This document shows positions 61,133 through 64,000 of a stretch of 64,000 nt of DNA, in pieces. Position numbers and translations under genes: made by a program. The notes below the pieces were generated by a model, which saw only the letters and a program-made list of their open reading frames with translations, ran no database searches and was not told the DNA's origin. Source of the stretch: Andalucia godoyi And28 (taxonomy: Eukaryota; Protista; Jakobida); the NCBI GenBank assembly GCA_009859145.1, contig VRVR01000018.1, positions 191,688 through 255,687 on the forward strand, read 5' to 3'. How positions within the stretch are numbered: position 1 is the first letter of the stretch; each line of letters opens with the position of its first letter.

Positions 61133-64000
61133 ATGTCGGATCGAGGCAGAGACCTGCTGCTTCAGAATAATGGAGAGCTGCTTTTGCGAGCAGCGACAGC
61201 GGCTGCTAAGAATCAAAATTTAGCACTGCTCAAGTCGTTACTTGCAGAGCCGAATTATCGGCTACTGCTTTCTGGAAGAATGGTGTTTGAAGAGTTCAAT
61301 GAACTTTGCAGAATCGCAGATCCAGGCAAAGACGTTCCGGCCTTTTCGCTTCCTCAGCACAGATCCGTGGATGTTCCGATGTCTTCAAAACGGCGAAAGT
61401 TGTTAGAAGTTCAGCATTCTTCGATGCGAACGAGGTTTTCCAAACCGACCGAGGCATGGAAACCGAAAATGAAACCGAATGCGAAAGTCTTAAGCGCTTT
61501 GCGGACGCATTCCAGCTCACAGGAAAGCTTGAATCCAAGGGAAGCGGTTGTTGGGCATCATGCAGCCAAGCCGCTGGACGTGCATGCACATCAACAGAGA
61601 ATGGTTTCACGGCCGTCTTCCTCCATGAGCAGCTCCTCCGGGATTTCAAGATCGTCTTATCGGCCTGTGTCCGCGGCATCGATGCATGCACTTTCACAGG
61701 GTAGAAGCCGAAGTGCTGCTTCTGTCCTTCTGAACAACATCGACGATGACAGCGATGACGAAGAAGATGAATATGACGACGACGGCAGCGATGGGGACTG
61801 CCAGGTGGATGAGCAAAAAGATGCTGTCAACAGGAAAGCCGGGCTCGAGGAAGTGTACAAGATCAACCCAAAGTCGGTTCTTGTTGGAAGAATCACCCCC
61901 AGAACGTTGGCCAATCCGGATTCAAAAGCCGCGTCGTTCTTACGAGCTGCTCGATCGACGCTTGAAAGGGTGGAACACAACGTGGAGTCGTTGCAGACGA
62001 TCGTCAGCGCAGGCCAGTCGTCTTCGGATGGCTTGGATGATGAACGAGTAACACTTGACAATATTCATGGAAAATACGGGGAGCTGTTTATGGAACTTGC
62101 TGAACGAAAGGCGTACGCCGACGACCAAGCAGATTTGGACGACTTTCCAAAGGAAGTTCCAATTCCGTTCATGCAGAAGTCACGAAACATGCCGGACGAG
62201 CGAAGAACGCCAAGCCCCAAGCAAACACACATCCGATCCCGATCCACATCACCTATATCTCCGTTATCGAATTCAGTGATCATGCCTTTTGATCGTGATG
62301 GTGATCCTACCACGAAGCGTATTCGCTCCAGCGCAGCTTCACGATCCCCAGAAGTTCGAGGAATGACATCAACGCCAAAAGGTAGCTCGACAAGTGGAAG
62401 AATGCTGGTTCATTCCGATCCGCATCAAGAAGTGCCCTCTTTACGCCTTTCAGTCGAAAAAGATGGGTCCCCAAAACCTTCCAGACTTCTTGCTCCACCA
62501 ACTTTTCCAGCCCAAAAACAATTAGCACCCATTCGATCACGTTCAGTCTCGCCAGATCCACGAGCAGAGATCAGCAAAGACAGAGAGAGAGGTCAACTGA
62601 TTGGAGACAAAGAGCAAGATGAAGGCGATTGTGATCATTTTGGCGGTTCTGACGAAGATTCGGCGACGACTAGTACTCCTCCTGCTGGAATTGGCGGGGG
62701 TTTAAATGCGTCAATCCAGCGACCCCCGTTTCCCCCGAGTGCCGATAACTTCTCTGTCCTGGAGTACGATGATTCCGCATCTGCGGATAGCGAAACCGAT
62801 GACGAAGAGGAATTTAAAAGCAATCTTTCAAGGCGGCATCTGAAAGGTCCAGCCACTGGCATCTTATCGGGAACAGCATCTCTTCAGGCCTTCACGGCTC
62901 TGGTTCGCAGTATCAATGCGGCAATTTCAACGCTTACGAACAGCGCCAACGACGACATCATTCGCGAATGGTTTGCGCAATCCAGCCACTTAGAGAACAC
63001 CGGAGATGCTTTGCAGACAATCCGCCAAATCATGGATGGTTACAAACCAACTGCAGAGCGTCACAGCAGCGGTCCTCATCACTCGCAAGCTACCCGCTCG
63101 AAGCAGTTCCATCAAAAAGATGTGTTTACACAGACGATCCCGTCCAACTTTGGTAAGCAGCTGCAGAGTGAGTGTGAGGTAGCGGGTGTTCTGCAGGCTC
63201 GCATCCGTGCCCACCAAACCACGTCGATGTCGATGATCAAGCATTCCGTAGCAACCATCGAACGGGCATTCGCAAATTTTTCAATCCGCCAAAAGAAGAA
63301 AGAAATATCGGTGAAGCACAATCAAGAATTGCTGATGATTTGGGCACGACACGTTGGCGATCCTCCAGCAAAATCCAGAAAGTGGCTGCTGAGGTTCATT
63401 GCTAGCCTATGCCGCGCGAAGGTGTTATTTGATATTCAGCGCTCCCAGATCGCCATGGGCTCCATGCAGATGACTGCCGCACTAACTGCAAGAAAAGAAA
63501 GGACAGGAAGCAACAACATGACGCTTCCCGAGTTCCTGTTTGATCACATTCGCCAAACCTTTGGACAGAAACGAATTGTCGAAGAGTTCTGTGGTTCCCT
63601 GATCTCAACACTTGAATACTATAGCAAACAGAACGGAGACTTGATCGTCGCACTTTTCACAATCCTTTTGCAGGAACAGTGGAACATGGCCATCTGCGAT
63701 GTGTTCCTTGCATGCCTACGAGAATTTGGTATTCTAACAGCCAGTTCCTCCACGTCGCTTGTGATTGACTTTACACGGCCCATTCTGTTGGATGGAGAAG
63801 TCTGTCTAGAGATCTGCAAAACAATATTCAAGGATTGGAAGGTGCTCAGTCCCGTTGAGGAACTCATGCAAGATGTATCCACGGATTGCCAGCAGCTCGA
63901 GCGGATCATGCGCAAATCGCAGGCAGGGCGTCAGGACGTTGTGAATGCCTACGAGATCCTTCTCAACACACCCGTTCCAGTTTCCTCCAAACAACGACCG
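61133..64000 (+). CDS. Large hypothetical protein, 3' end outside the window (absent from the ORF track)
   Basis: Translated by hand from ATG 61133 (MSDRGRDLLL...) with no stop seen to the window end. Low-complexity N-half, then a helical domain KWLLRFIASLCRAK...LPEFLFDHIRQTFGQKRIVEEFCGSLISTLEYY. Confidence 0.8.
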   Translation, partial: MSDRGRDLLLQNNGELLLRAATAAAKNQNLALLKSLLAEPNYRLLLSGRMVFEEFNELCRIADPGKDVPAFSLPQHRSVDVPMSSKRRKLLEVQHSSMRTRFSKPTEAWKPKMKPNAKVLSALRTHSSSQESLNPREAVVGHHAAKPLDVHAHQQRMVSRPSSSMSSSSGISRSSYRPVSAASMHALSQGRSRSAASVLLNNIDDDSDDEEDEYDDDGSDGDCQVDEQKDAVNRKAGLEEVYKINPKSVLVGRITPRTLANPDSKAASFLRAARSTLERVEHNVESLQTIVSAGQSSSDGLDDERVTLDNIHGKYGELFMELAERKAYADDQADLDDFPKEVPIPFMQKSRNMPDERRTPSPKQTHIRSRSTSPISPLSNSVIMPFDRDGDPTTKRIRSSAASRSPEVRGMTSTPKGSSTSGRMLVHSDPHQEVPSLRLSVEKDGSPKPSRLLAPPTFPAQKQLAPIRSRSVSPDPRAEISKDRERGQLIGDKEQDEGDCDHFGGSDEDSATTSTPPAGIGGGLNASIQRPPFPPSADNFSVLEYDDSASADSETDDEEEFKSNLSRRHLKGPATGILSGTASLQAFTALVRSINAAISTLTNSANDDIIREWFAQSSHLENTGDALQTIRQIMDGYKPTAERHSSGPHHSQATRSKQFHQKDVFTQTIPSNFGKQLQSECEVAGVLQARIRAHQTTSMSMIKHSVATIERAFANFSIRQKKKEISVKHNQELLMIWARHVGDPPAKSRKWLLRFIASLCRAKVLFDIQRSQIAMGSMQMTAALTARKERTGSNNMTLPEFLFDHIRQTFGQKRIVEEFCGSLISTLEYYSKQNGDLIVALFTILLQEQWNMAICDVFLACLREFGILTASSSTSLVIDFTRPILLDGEVCLEICKTIFKDWKVLSPVEELMQDVSTDCQQLERIMRKSQAGRQDVVNAYEILLNTPVPVSSKQRP

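Overview
Gene-dense eukaryotic (protist-like) DNA read in the standard code. Most genes are intronless; the few GT-AG introns start GTATGT/GTACGT/GTAAGG and some carry CTAAC/CTGAC branch motifs. A compact heterotrophic flagellate such as a jakobid is my guess, not established. About 30 coding genes are supported, including BLTP2/KIAA0100, UTP25, a solo LolD/MacB-type ABC ATPase, MED6, Nup155, LIS1, CLU1, VPS16, Aralar/citrin, GH38 alpha-mannosidase, a DUSP, BRCC36, an ESS2-like protein, CCT6, MRPL47 and a RasGAP-fold protein. Three things stand out. (1) A previously unrecognised two-copy non-coding element of about 370-440 nt (42394-42835 and 57808-58180) with conserved long-range stems, a compensatory base change and a modular hairpin insertion, behaving like a structured RNA family. 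(2) An internally deleted, decayed Fanzor1/TnpB remnant (about 48224-48720) followed by a structured stretch where an omega-RNA would be expected. (3) Several bacterial- or phage-type genes (DUF3592-like, DUF6962-like, and a phage-type HSDCEG protein). All family assignments are from motif recognition by eye; no database searches were run.
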